DNA of 62,601 bases, counting the filler. It is 12 parts of 12 records of this genome, joined end to end, with 100 filler letters (N's around TTAATTAATTAA, not from the genome) between each part and the next. Parts side by side here need not be neighbours in the genome. Positions count along the whole stretch, not along the records: positions 34,270 to 40,732 come from SRR7504441_15803; positions 40,833 to 52,329 come from SRR7504441_15805; 10 more parts are not named here. The stretch is one strand, 5' to 3'. Position numbers and translations under genes: made by a program. The notes below the pieces were generated by a model. That model saw only the letters and a program-made list of their open reading frames with translations. It ran no database searches and was not told the DNA's origin. Shown in pieces: positions 37,201 to 50,376 of this stretch. Numbering within the stretch: the first letter of the stretch is position 1; each line of letters starts with the position of its first letter.

Positions 37201-39640
37201 CATGCTGGGAGCTAGCATTGGGCGTGGTGTGTACATAGACGGAATGAACATCGGCGATGGCATTTCAATGCACGAGCCCGATCTAGTGGTTGTGGGCGAT
37301 GCCACCATCTTCAACAATCAAGCCACCGTCTTGACTCACAGTATCCGCGATGGGTATCTCTCACTGGATGGTGTTCTAGTCGGGTCCTACTGCCAGGTTG
37401 GTGCTCTCAGCCACATGCGCTTGTTTGATCCCTCTGTGCAGGTAGGGTGTCGGACACTGCTGATGCCTGGCGCTGTGATGGGTGACCATGTTACTCTATG
37501 CGAGCACTCGGTTCTACAGCAAGAACAGGTATGCCTCCTGCTGCCCTCGAACTCCTGACCGGCCAACTAGGTTGCTGTCAGTGGCTCCACCCTGAAAGGG
37601 TCGCCTGCCCAGATCTCAGAAAGCAGCTACTATAGTGAATATTTGAACCGAAAGGTACCTATCTCACACATGGAACGAGAGCAGCCTGGCCTGGAAGCCC
37701 TGGGCCTACCCCTCCTCGGGGATACAGTGGGCCGTTATCCAGCTTTCAATTTCACTTCTGGGAAGAGCGCCACTGTAATTGCTACGATTTTGCTATTCAT
37801 GCCACTGATCAAGCTGTCAATTGTGGCGCCTCCCATCTATGTGTTCTACAAGCTTTTGGAGGGCTTTGGCTTTGAGTGGGAAATCGCACCCTCTGACTTG
37901 CGGATTCAGACCATCGTGTTCCTGCCAGCTTGCTTTCTAGCTTGGTGTGCTGGGCACATACTTCTCATTCCGATATACAAGCGGCTGATACTTCCAGGAG
38001 GACTGACACCGGGAGTCGTGCCGTTGGTGAGCTGGCAGTACGTAAGGATGTGGCTAGGAATGAATGTGCTGAAACTCACCGCTCCAATCGATGACTTCTT
38101 ATACGGCACAATGATGATCCCGATCTGGATCAAGCTGCTTGGTGGCAACATCCCAATGAACGCCGAGTGCGCGGCGCACCTCAATACTCTGACCTTCGTC
38201 CCAGAATTGGTCAGCTGCACCCGCGGCTGCGTTCCCTGAGCCTCTGTATCGCAGGTGATGTTTGAAAACGAGTCGTTTGTGGCGTCGCACGTGGATGTTG
38301 GATCGATGCTTGTCAATAAAGGGCATGTGATCCTTAGCGAGGTGACTTGACTAGCTGCGACCTAGCCAGCGGGGAATGCTCAGATAACTCTGGGAGAGCG
38401 GAGTATGCTCGGCAACCACTCGTGGCTTTCACCTGGGACTACGATTGGCCACTCTGCATTGATTGGTACGTACGAGCGGGCTACAGTCTGCTGACGCCCA
38501 AATCCAGGTGCTTACACTGTCAATCCGATTATGAAGGTACCAGACGGCACAACCTGGTATCTTTTCCTGCCTCTGTATCTCGAAATGAGTCTTGTTGCAG
38601 GTTTGGTGCACCAGCAATTGAACTGCCAAAGCGCTTTGTGGACGATAGCAGCGCAGATGCATACAATCCGAGCTGTGGCCAGAAGCTTTTGAGGGCAGTG
38701 ACGGAGTTTTTCAATGCCATCACCGATTCGATGCTCATGTCTGGGATCTGGCTCTACTATGGGCTCGCGCTTGTTGTCACAGTGCTGTATCTGCGACCGA
38801 TCTGGTGGCCGTTGGCCTGCGTAGCCACACCTGTGCTGCTTTGGCTGCTTTGTATCGCTACGGTCAAGTGCTGCAAGCTGCTTCTCATTCGTGGCGACGG
38901 CACATCCAGAATGCTCCCACTGGTGCGATCTCTCCAATTGCAGCTGACTCACCTCTGTCTGGCAGTGGGGGCAGCCGCTCAACTTGATGATGTGGTTCAA
39001 GCGGTGTGAAGATATTCTGGACCGTGACATCGTCCACCAGTTCAGTGGTAGTCCCTTTGCAGGTCGATTGCAGCCGCTGCCAGAAACTGACTCTTTGGCA
39101 GGATCGATGCTCCGGTTGTTAGGAGCATCGGTTGGCAAGCACGGGTTCTTCCATGGCATGTGGGCCTGCGAGTGGGACATGTTCAGCTGTGGAGATAACG
39201 TCTCAATCCACTACTGCGACATTCAAACTCACCTCTTCGAGGATCGGGTCTTCAAATGCAACCCAGTCCAACTAGGCCACGATGTCACCTTGCTGCCTCT
39301 CTCGCTGGCTCTGCCCCGGGTCCAGATCGAGGACGGGGTCACCATTGGTGCCAAATCGTGCGTGATGCAGGGCGAGACGGTCCCTGCCGATACATACTGG
39401 CAAGGTGCCCCGATGGCTATGGTTAAGCAGACCAAAACAGCTGGAGGGGCCAAGAACCCAGCCTCGCAGCCTGTCAGCTCGAGGCGGCTCGTCAGTAGGC
39501 GCTCACAACAGCGCACAGCCAAGACTTTGAGATCTGGCCGGGCCCGCCCGAGGCAGCAGGTTCCCGCTGCCGCTCAAGACCAAAACATTACAATCGGAAG
39601 CAGTCAGCTCTCCTCCAAGATGATGCCCGATTTTGTGTGA
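34270..39640 (+). CDS. Non-ribosomal peptide synthetase: partial C - A - PCP - Pls-type terminal module (3x transmembrane plus beta-helix repeats); 5'-truncated; 8 introns
   Basis: C-domain half (IGFFVNTL, SRNPIFQVMF, SKFDLTL), A motifs (YTSGSTGTPKA, NHYGCTE, GELF..GVGLATEY, YATGDL, GRMDFQVKVNGLRIELGEIE, LPGYMVP, NGKLDR), PCP QLGGTSL, then KWLLMGKYEPGQHPVYG..YLRWW / LRMLGASIG / GSPA, WFGAPAIELPKR, QTHLFEDRVFK, WQGAP. Introns: 37397-37441, 37529-37570, 38210-38254, 38342-38383, 38466-38507, 38557-38600, 38923-38965, 39063-39101 (first and last are in-frame and inferred). Confidence 0.93.
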
Positions 39641-39884
39641 GTGGTCGTGCTGGCTCGTTTTTGACTTACTTGTACTCGTAATTGGTACTCATGATTGTGC
39701 TACGTACGGTGTACGAGTAATTGTGCAAAGAAATTTCGAGTACATATACGAGTAGTCGTTTATGTAGTCGTTTATGAATGATTGAAGTAAAAAGATTTAT
39801 TATAGACTACCGGCATGCCGAAGCCACACGACATTCCTTTACTTCTTTAGCTTGGATTTGAGACTATTTACCTGATTTTCCATC

Positions 39885-40503
39885 TCAATCCGCGCCTGTC
39901 TTTCGTGAGCAACTTGCTTCTCCAGTAGCGCCATTTTCTTTAAGACCTGATAGTCGCTGCTCATTCCTGCGCCCGATAGTCGGCCTACTCACACGCCCCA
40001 GCCACGATCTCACCGGCCGCGCGCGTGCTGTGCTGCCTATTGCATCGGTGGCTATCAGCGCACTGTGATGAAACTCCTGTCGCGAACGAGGCCATGCTGC
40101 CACACCGTCGCGCCTAGCGCGGCAGCTCCAGCGCCACCTGTTCGCAGTCCCCGGGCGCTCCGTCTGGGCCGTCCCCGGCCGGCTCTGGGCGGTACCGGGC
40201 CTGCTGCCCAGCGGCTGGGTCCGGCCGTTGTTGTCTAGTCTATCGGGCTGCCCTCCGCTCAGCCCGGCCCGGGGCCGTATTCGAATGCCTCCGTGTCGAC
40301 AGCGAATGGCGCCGAGTGATGCGTCGGGGCCCGGCTCTCCCGGTTGGACGGGCGCGAGAACGACAGGCCCTCGAGCACCTGGGCTCCCTGCTGGGACCCC
40401 GGCAGCACCGGGGGGGTACCTTGCGGTTCTCCTTGTCGATGCGGCGCTTCCAGGCCGTAGACATCTGCGCGGGCCCACTCGGCCCCCGGCCCGGGCGGCT
40501 CAT
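39885..40503 (-). CDS. Small basic hypothetical protein with RPGTA repeats (possibly ciliary)
   Basis: MSTAWKRRIDKENRK followed by SRPGTAQSRPGTAQTERPGTANR. Exon structure uncertain. Confidence 0.45.
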
Positions 40504-40832
40504 GTCACCGCATTGCTGTACATGGTCATCCTCGACTGCCAAGCGCGCCACCCTGTGGCGTAGCGGTGTTGTGATTCCAATTTGGTCAGAATTTTGCGCG
40601 TCCAATTTCTCGATCGCGATTTCAGGCAGTCCGCGCAGCCCTCAGGAACAGACCGTACATGCGGGCCTACAGCAGGTGTGAGATGGTGTCAACGCTCACG
40701 GTCAACTACTGCATGTTTGGGTGGCCGCTGTTNNNNNNNNNNNNNNNNNNNNNNNNNNNNNNNNNNNNNNNNNNNNTTAATTAATTAANNNNNNNNNNNN
40801 NNNNNNNNNNNNNNNNNNNNNNNNNNNNNNNN

Positions 40833-40994
40833 TAGATTGTCCCACCTGGCGCGCAGCTCGGGCTCGGCGAGCGCCAGCAGCTCGGGCAGGTGGAGCGGCT
40901 GGCAGTCGGAGCAGCAGAGCAGGTGCTCGGTGCTGAACTCGAACCGGGCAAAGTAACGCTCCAGCACGAACTCCTGCCCCTTAAAGTGCTCCAT
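40833..40994 (-). CDS. PLP-dependent aminotransferase class I/II, N-terminal fragment
   Basis: FVLERYFARFEF..HLLCCSDCQPL...ELLALA...WDNL resembles the N-terminus of the capreomycidine-synthase-like aminotransferase family. Cut by the spacer. Confidence 0.7.
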
Positions 40995-41061
40995 CTTCTT
41001 CTTTGGGGCACCCGGACCGGTCGATCCGTTAGAGACAAGCGGCCGCCGCCAAGTGAAGCGT

Positions 41062-42297
41062 ATGGGGAAAGCGTATGGGTGCGAGCACTGCGGGGAAATC
41101 TTCGATGAGTATGACCAGGCGGCTGCCTGCGAGGCCCAATGCGAACTCACACTCGAGGAGGAGGCCGAGGAGGAGCACGAGGGACTGGTCGGGGCCGGCG
41201 CGCTGCCCGAGGGGGCGGTGACGGCCTCGCTGAGCTGCGACATGCCGGAGGATATCATCGCGCTCGAAAAGCTGCGGGCGGGTGAGCTGGCCGAGGCCCA
41301 CGAGATTCTGGCCGAGGTTGGGTACAAGTACCGATACAGCGACGCCGTGCTGGCCGCGGGGCTCGGGACGACGCAGCTGGCTAACAAGAAGCACAAAGTG
41401 CCGGGCTGCAAGCACGCCAGAGTGCTCGACGGGGCGCTGCCAGACGGCCAGCTGGACCTGATGAAAGAGGTGTTCTGCTCGTGGGGTCAGGCAGGAGATT
41501 ACTGGTCCGCCAATAGATACCACGAGGCTACCCGGTTTATAAGCTGGGCGCATAAGCTGGGGCGCCCCCCGCAGAACTGCGTGGAGCAAGTGCTGTCGCG
41601 CATCTATAGGATTGCGCAGCAGCAGTTCCCCGATCGGATGAAGCAAGTAGGGGCGGTGGAATGGTGGGCCCATTCGAGGCCACCAAAGAGTGAGCACTCA
41701 CCGAGGGCATCGCCAGGCTCACCCCGGGGTGCAGGCGGGCATTGGATGCACTTTGACAGCGCTAACGACAATCAAGGCGGCCGGGCCACCCCGTGCATGA
41801 GTTCAGTCCTTTTCCTGTCCGAAGGGCCGTTCCCGCCCACGCTGGTAACAGATGAATTCCACGAGGCCCACGACTCCACCTCGGACATGGACCCGTCTTC
41901 CAAGGCCTGGGTGGTCCATCCCAAGCAGAATCGGCTGCTGCTGTTCGATGGGACTGCCATGCACGCAGTGGTGCCTGGCGATGCGCACGCTGCCCGGGAT
42001 GCTGGCCGGCGTGTTACTTTTATGTGTGTATTCTGGCCTCAGGGCGAGTTTTGTGCTGAGCAGAGCGATGGAACTGAGCGCAGGCCACTGCCTAAGGCTG
42101 GTGGCTGGGCTGGCATCCTCGGCCGGCGCCTCGGGAAACGTAAGAGGGATGAGGAGCGGCTGCCGGAGCCCGGGCCTGAGCCTGTGTACACGGGCAAGCT
42201 GTGGGTGCCTGTCGGGGAGATGAAGCCTGCAGGCAAGCGCAAGAAGCGCATACCATACGGGACGTTCTTTCAGGGGATTGCTAATTGGCGCGAGTGA
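41062..42297 (+). CDS. Fe(II)/2-oxoglutarate oxygenase-like protein with an N-terminal Cys motif
   Basis: EWWAHSR, MHFDS (HxD), SSVLFL..PTLVT, PKQNRLLLFDGTAMHAV, RRVTFM. N-terminal CEHC...CEAQC. Probable in-frame 45-nt intron near 41690-41734. Confidence 0.7.
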   Translation: MGKAYGCEHCGEIFDEYDQAAACEAQCELTLEEEAEEEHEGLVGAGALPEGAVTASLSCDMPEDIIALEKLRAGELAEAHEILAEVGYKYRYSDAVLAAGLGTTQLANKKHKVPGCKHARVLDGALPDGQLDLMKEVFCSWGQAGDYWSANRYHEATRFISWAHKLGRPPQNCVEQVLSRIYRIAQQQFPDRMKQVGAVEWWAHSRPPKSEHSPRASPGSPRGAGGHWMHFDSANDNQGGRATPCMSSVLFLSEGPFPPTLVTDEFHEAHDSTSDMDPSSKAWVVHPKQNRLLLFDGTAMHAVVPGDAHAARDAGRRVTFMCVFWPQGEFCAEQSDGTERRPLPKAGGWAGILGRRLGKRKRDEERLPEPGPEPVYTGKLWVPVGEMKPAGKRKKRIPYGTFFQGIANWRE

Positions 42298-42570
42298 TAC
42301 TGACGTGTACGGTAGACATCGAGTCGCTATAATGTACGTACCGTCGGTACCGAATATCTAAATTCGATCAAGCCTATACACGTAATTAGGGGGTGCCCTG
42401 GAGTTTGAAAGCTATACCCGTGTGTCGAGCCATTAATCACTTGCGCTGCGCCGGTTCCCGGGTTCCTGCGACGCGGGATGATTGTGCGCTGGCTGCAAAA
42501 AGAAAAAGAAATAGAAAGGCAGGTCTCACTCAAGTCGTCTCGGGCACTCCGCTCACTCCGGCTTCGAACC

Positions 42571-45143
<2,573 letters not shown>

Positions 45144-45449
45144 AGCTGCTGCCGTTCTGCGAGAGGCCCTCGCCGTATATCTCAAGTCTAGGACACGAGT
45201 GGCCTCTTTGTCAATCAGGTTGTCGATATTCTACTGATCAAAGTCGATTCACGACAAGTGCATTTACGTAGAGCTCTTAGTGCTAGCCTAGCAAGTATAG
45301 AGCAACAATAAAGCATATACATAAGATTCACGTTATAAATCTGATGCATGTGAGTAATAGTCATAATTAAACTATATCTAAACGGTTACTAAATGGTAGT
45401 ACGACTCATGGTATACAATTCATGATTGTATTCACCGGGTAATAATATA

Positions 45450-46269
45450 ATTATTCACCGAGGGCCTACCAAGGGCCTTGCTCAATTGGTCCACTGTCGG
45501 TGGCTTTGCTTGCACGCTCGATCTTTTCATCCCTCTCAGAAACCACGAGCTGCTCTCTTTCCTCGGCTTCGGCTAGACTTCTTCGGAGCGTTCCTGATTC
45601 AGGCACCTGGCTGCCGGGCTCTCGACTTAGCTCCGTGTGCAGCGGAGCTCGCGTGACGGGCTGCCGCTGACAAGGGACGAACTAGACCTAGCCCAGAACC
45701 GCAGGCAGGCCGCAGAGGCCTCTACACCGTGAGTTGTTGGTGTCGCCAGGAAGAAGACTCGAGCTCCGTTCCAGAGCCGTAAGCATGTGGCGATCCTGCT
45801 GGACGGCTTATGCGAGACAGTCCCCATGCGACATAGCTCAAGCACGGTCTCTCACTTAGAAGCGTACTGCGAGGAGCTCGTGCAGACCAGCCACTGTGGT
45901 GCTCAGCTCCGTCCATGAGGACATCGACTCCAGCTGCAGCCCCATCTCCTCGACTGTGGTGCGGCAGGCGGCGCATCGGCCGCCACCAGCCTCTTCCAGC
46001 AGCAGGGCCAGCGCCCGGGCTGAGCTGGCCGGCGGCGGGGTGCCCATCTGCTTGGTGAGGAAGCGGACAGCCACCGCAGTGAGGTTGTCCCCAGGCCGAC
46101 CGAACAGCTCGGCGAGCGAGCTGTTGGTCTGGTCGAGCAGCGTCACACCGAACCGGCCGTCCGCCGTGCTGAAGCTGCTGTACGCCACCGCAGTCTCCGG
46201 GCTCCCCGCACTCCAGCCAGCCAGCCAGGCTACCACGACCACCACCAGCGCAGCCTGCTGCGGCTTCAT
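45450..46269 (-). CDS. Secreted hypothetical protein, possible saposin-like CxxC; 3' end approximate
   Basis: Signal peptide MKPQQAALVVVVVAWLAGWSAG and CAACRTTVEEM. Downstream exons unresolved. Confidence 0.4.
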
Positions 46270-46348
46270 CCAGGGAGCACTTTTTTTTTTCCGGAGGATT
46301 CAGTTCAGGTCGGGCAGCCCGCACTGGACAGCGGCGGCACCAAAGACT

Positions 46349-48185
46349 ATGCCGAGCGGCGTGTGGTCCGGATCCGGGAGGGCCACGGGCCAGCGGCGCG
46401 GGGCAGGTATCAGGACCAGGACCAGCAGAAGCTGCTCGAAGTGATCATCCTGTGCATCCTGATCGTGATCGCCATCGTCTTCGAGACGGTCCATCACTTG
46501 GTCGAACACGGGATGGACCGATCGCTCTCCCCGCTGGCCGAGGCGCCCCCCGGCGCGGGCCCGGTGGCCAGCCTGGGCAGGCGCTCGGGCAGCACCAGGA
46601 GCACAAAGAGGTCGAATCGATGCGGCACAAGATCACCCACCAGAACGGGTTTGTCCTCGGTGAGCTGCCCGTCTGCACCGGCTCACAGGCAGCGGGCAGG
46701 GCACAACACACACGTGCACCAGCTGTTCAACCGGTTTATGGTGCTGGCTGGTGCCCCGGCGCGGTGAGCGGTGCGACGCAGGGTGAGTTGATGGTGCTAG
46801 GGTTCATGTCGTTTGTGGTCTGGATCTGCTACGAGGTGCCGCCACCGCGCTGACCAGAGCTGAGCTCGTCGCAGGCCGAGATGTTTGACAGCATCGCTAC
46901 CTCGCTTAAGAAGCAGTACAAATATTACCCGAGCTCGTACAACCTCTCTAATACGGTGCGCGCGGCCGGACTGCTCGGTGTGAGGGCTGCTCCAGACACA
47001 TGTGGTGCACATGTGGTTGTTTATCAGCATGTGCCTGCACTTCCTGCTGGCTCTCTGGGCGCTGCACTCAGTCAGCTCCAAGCAGTTCAAATACGTGAGC
47101 TTTGAGAGAGCCATTGAGGGGAAACTGCGTGGGGCCGACAGAGAGGAACTCCTCACTAAAGAATCGTTCAGGCGCTTTGAGAAGTTGAGGAAAATGTTCA
47201 TTGCCAACGAAATCCGGCTCGCGTGCAAGCAGTCTGATTGCACGGAAGACTGCTTCAGCACTGGGGTTGGACTGGCAATGCTTAAAGGGTTGGAGCGCAA
47301 GCACTCGTGTGTGGAACATATGCCTGCAGAGGAGCAGAGCGACAGCGACGACGAGTCAGATCCGGAATGCTGCCGGGGCAGCCAATGCGTGAAGGCAGTC
47401 GAGAACATGGATGCTGGGTTTAATTTTGCGCTGTACATTGCGCTGAATTGCGATAGGCTGATGGAAGATTATTATACTTTCCACTACTCGACTTGGTTCA
47501 TGGTCTTAGGGATCGAGGGAGTGGCAGGCTGTATATGGACAGCGATTGTGACCACTCAGACGTACTATTGGTGGGTCTCGATAGTGTGGAGCTTCTCAAT
47601 CATGGCGCTCAGCCCGTTGATGAATGTGACTGTGTTTTATCACCTACACGGGATGGTCAAGAAGGTTATAGAACAGGATAAGTTTGTCTCCGGCGGGTTT
47701 GGCAATCTGATTGGAGTCTACAGTGTGGATTACGAGATGTGGTTCACGCGCGCTCTTCAGGGGCTCGCCTTCTTCCTTAACTACGAGAGCATCACCTTCA
47801 TCGCGTCCAAGTACTTCTGGCAAGGCAAGTACTTTGAAGGCTATCCACTCACAGAGGCCTCTTGGTTTGCCATTACACTGGCTGTGGTGGTTATTTGCCT
47901 CGTCACCAATCTGTACTATATCCCCAAGGCAATCAAGGTCATCGCGCTCCGGTTTGCGCTGCCCCCCTACATCGACAAGGTGCGGACCTGCCCAGGTGTA
48001 ACGACTGAGGTGTGTGGCAGGAAAATCTAGTATTAATGAAAGCTGTCATGAGGCGCGGCGACGTCTGGACCTCGGAGAAAACACTGATTTCTTCGGCTAG
48101 AAGGCTGCTGTGGACCCGAGTTCACGGCGCTAAGACCCGGATAGACATCTGGCGAGCGCGGGCCTGTGAGGGCGCGCAGCTCTGA
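46349..48185 (+). CDS. MLO-like multi-pass membrane protein
   Basis: Spliced product has ILIVIAIVFETVHH (TM1 Glu), GELMVLGFMSF (MLO ELMLLGFISL), VHMWLF, FNFALYI...EDYYTFHYSTW (MLO F.F.KYI...DF...IS...W) and further TM segments. Confidence 0.7.
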
Positions 48186-48544
48186 TGATTGTCTACCTAA
48201 AAAGCCGCCCAAACATTTCCCATGTTGCTTTCTATCGAAAAACATCATGGGGGAAATTTGGGTGATTTTTACTTGCACTTAGAAAGTTCTGCGAATTCGT
48301 GGACTCGCGATGGTAACATGTAACTATTATAGGTAGTTTAATTGTAGTTTAATTGAAAGCAATGAACCTTACAAGACTTAGTATTTTAAGTACGTACTCG
48401 TGTAGCCACGTACTGACTGATTGTATTGACCAGTGGTGCTAGATCATGCTTGGATTGATTTCGTACATTATTCGTACATGTAGTCACCCATGCACAATCC
48501 TAACATGCCAATCCATGCATGCAATTAAGCGAATCGTGATTTTG

Positions 48545-50209
48545 CTACAACTTTTGTGGCATGTTCTTGATTGCTTGCTTGATCGACAAGTCTAGCATGA
48601 TCTGTGACCACAGCAGTCAGTCAGAATTCAGGAACACGTTGAAGATCAGGCAGCGCATTACCTCCTCTGAACCGCCTGGGATTGCGTAAGCTCGCACATC
48701 ACGGTAGAGACGCTCAATCTTCTCGCCTTGGCCTCCACGGACGTAGCTGGCTCCACCAAATATCTGTGCCGCCTCCCGCGCACAGTACTCGAATGTCTTG
48801 GTGGCTTGAACCTTGATCAATGCGCATGTGCCTGCGAGAGCTCTGTTGGCCTCTTCCTTTGAGAGATTGTTCAGCTGGAATGTGATGGATTCGAGCATTG
48901 CATGAGTGCACTCGATCTGGCGAGCCATCTCCGCCAGCTTCCAGCTGCAAACCCCCAATTTAGTCACTCGGGTGCAACTACGAGCTGTCACCGGATTACA
49001 GGGTGCTCTACCAGTGTTTTGCCGAAGGTCTTGCGCTTCAGAGCGTACCGGAATGCCTCCTCTAGGCAAACTCGGGCAAACCGGTTGGCCTGCGCAATGA
49101 AGCCAAACCGCTCGTGGCTGCAGACACGGCACCAGCGCTCAGTGCCGTGGGGGTTTGGGGCTGGCGCACTTGAAGTTGGTGACGATGCACTTGAAGCCTT
49201 GGTTCTCCTGGCCGATCAGGTTGCAAGCCGGTACTTTGACATCGTCGAACGTGACATACGTGGTCCCACTAGACCAGACGCCCATGCACTGCAGCACAGT
49301 CAGGCTACGGCGGCACCGCCCTATTGACGCGCCTTCATTTGGCGGCATTCGAGTCCGTCCATTCCCTTCTGCAGCAGGAGCAGCGAGATGCCGCCCATAC
49401 CTCCATCGCCTAGGCCATCTGATCAGAGCTGCAATGGCCAATCAGAGGGCACACCTGTCCTGACGGCAGTGGTGAAGTAGTCGGCAAAGATCCCGTTCGT
49501 AATCCATTTCTTCTCGCCATTGACGACGTAGAAATCGCCCGAAGCGTCCTTCACCGCAGAGGTCTTAATATTTGCAACATCAGACCCAGCAGTTGGCTCT
49601 GTGATGGCCAGGCAAGGCACCGCCTTCCCCTGCAAGCAGTCCTGCGCACCAGCAAAGCAGTCAGTAGCCTGGGCCAAGCTGCTGGCACACCGCAGCGCAC
49701 ATGTCTTTGAGGTATTTGCTGCCGAAGTTGAGCACAGGCGGCAGCCCGATTTGGAGGCCTTCGAACAGCCCCCAGAGCACGCCGCCCGCGGCACAGCGCG
49801 CCACCTCATCGATCGCCACGAGCTCGTGGAAGTAGTCATAGTCCTCGGGAGGATCCAGATCCCCGGTGTACTCGCGCGGCCACGGCGCACCGACCACGCA
49901 TGGTAGCCAGCCTGGAACGGCCGGCTTAGCTCAATCGCGAGCCAGCCCGGCCGGTCACCAGCCGCGAAGGCCTTCTGGAAGATCTCCGGCGGCATCTTCT
50001 TGGCCTCGTCCCACTCACCAGCGTACGGCATCAGCTGGATCGATCCGTTCAACCGCTGGCCCGGCGGGAGGGGGCGCCTCTTCATCGACGAACTTGCGCA
50101 CTTTGGCTCGGAAGACATGGTGGGTCTTCTTGTAGTACGGCGAGCTCCAGCCTTGGTACCAGTTGGGGTCGCCGAACGGGAGCCGCTCTCCGAACTCGGG
50201 CTGCGCCAT
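48545..50209 (-). CDS. Acyl-CoA dehydrogenase, about 8 introns, C-terminal QKL (PTS1-like)
   Basis: PFGDPNWYQGWSSPYY, IGLPPVLNFGS, CLAITEPTAGSDVANI, VNGEKKWITNGIFADYF, REAAQIFGG, YRDVRAYAIPGGSEE. Last exon IMLDLSIKQAIKNMPQKL. Confidence 0.94.
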
Positions 50210-50376
50210 CTGTTACCTATCGAGTGTGGGACTCTCCGTCAATATTGCCGTTGTACAAGTACGTACATGTACCTGGTACCAGGTACCAGGTACTTAAATA
50301 CCTGGTATATATTCTCGTGAATAAATTATTTATATTCAAAGGTACCTGGTACGGTACTAATTAAGCTTAACTTAGC

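Noticed and set aside
34270-39640. Bacterial contamination as the source of the NRPS
   Set aside because: The gene carries introns of the same size and style as host genes, and the downstream DNA has the host TACGAGTA motif.
34270-42297. NRPS + aminotransferase + Fe/2OG oxygenase as one biosynthetic gene cluster
   Set aside because: A spacer (40733-40832) separates the NRPS contig from the other two genes, so there is no evidence of real adjacency.
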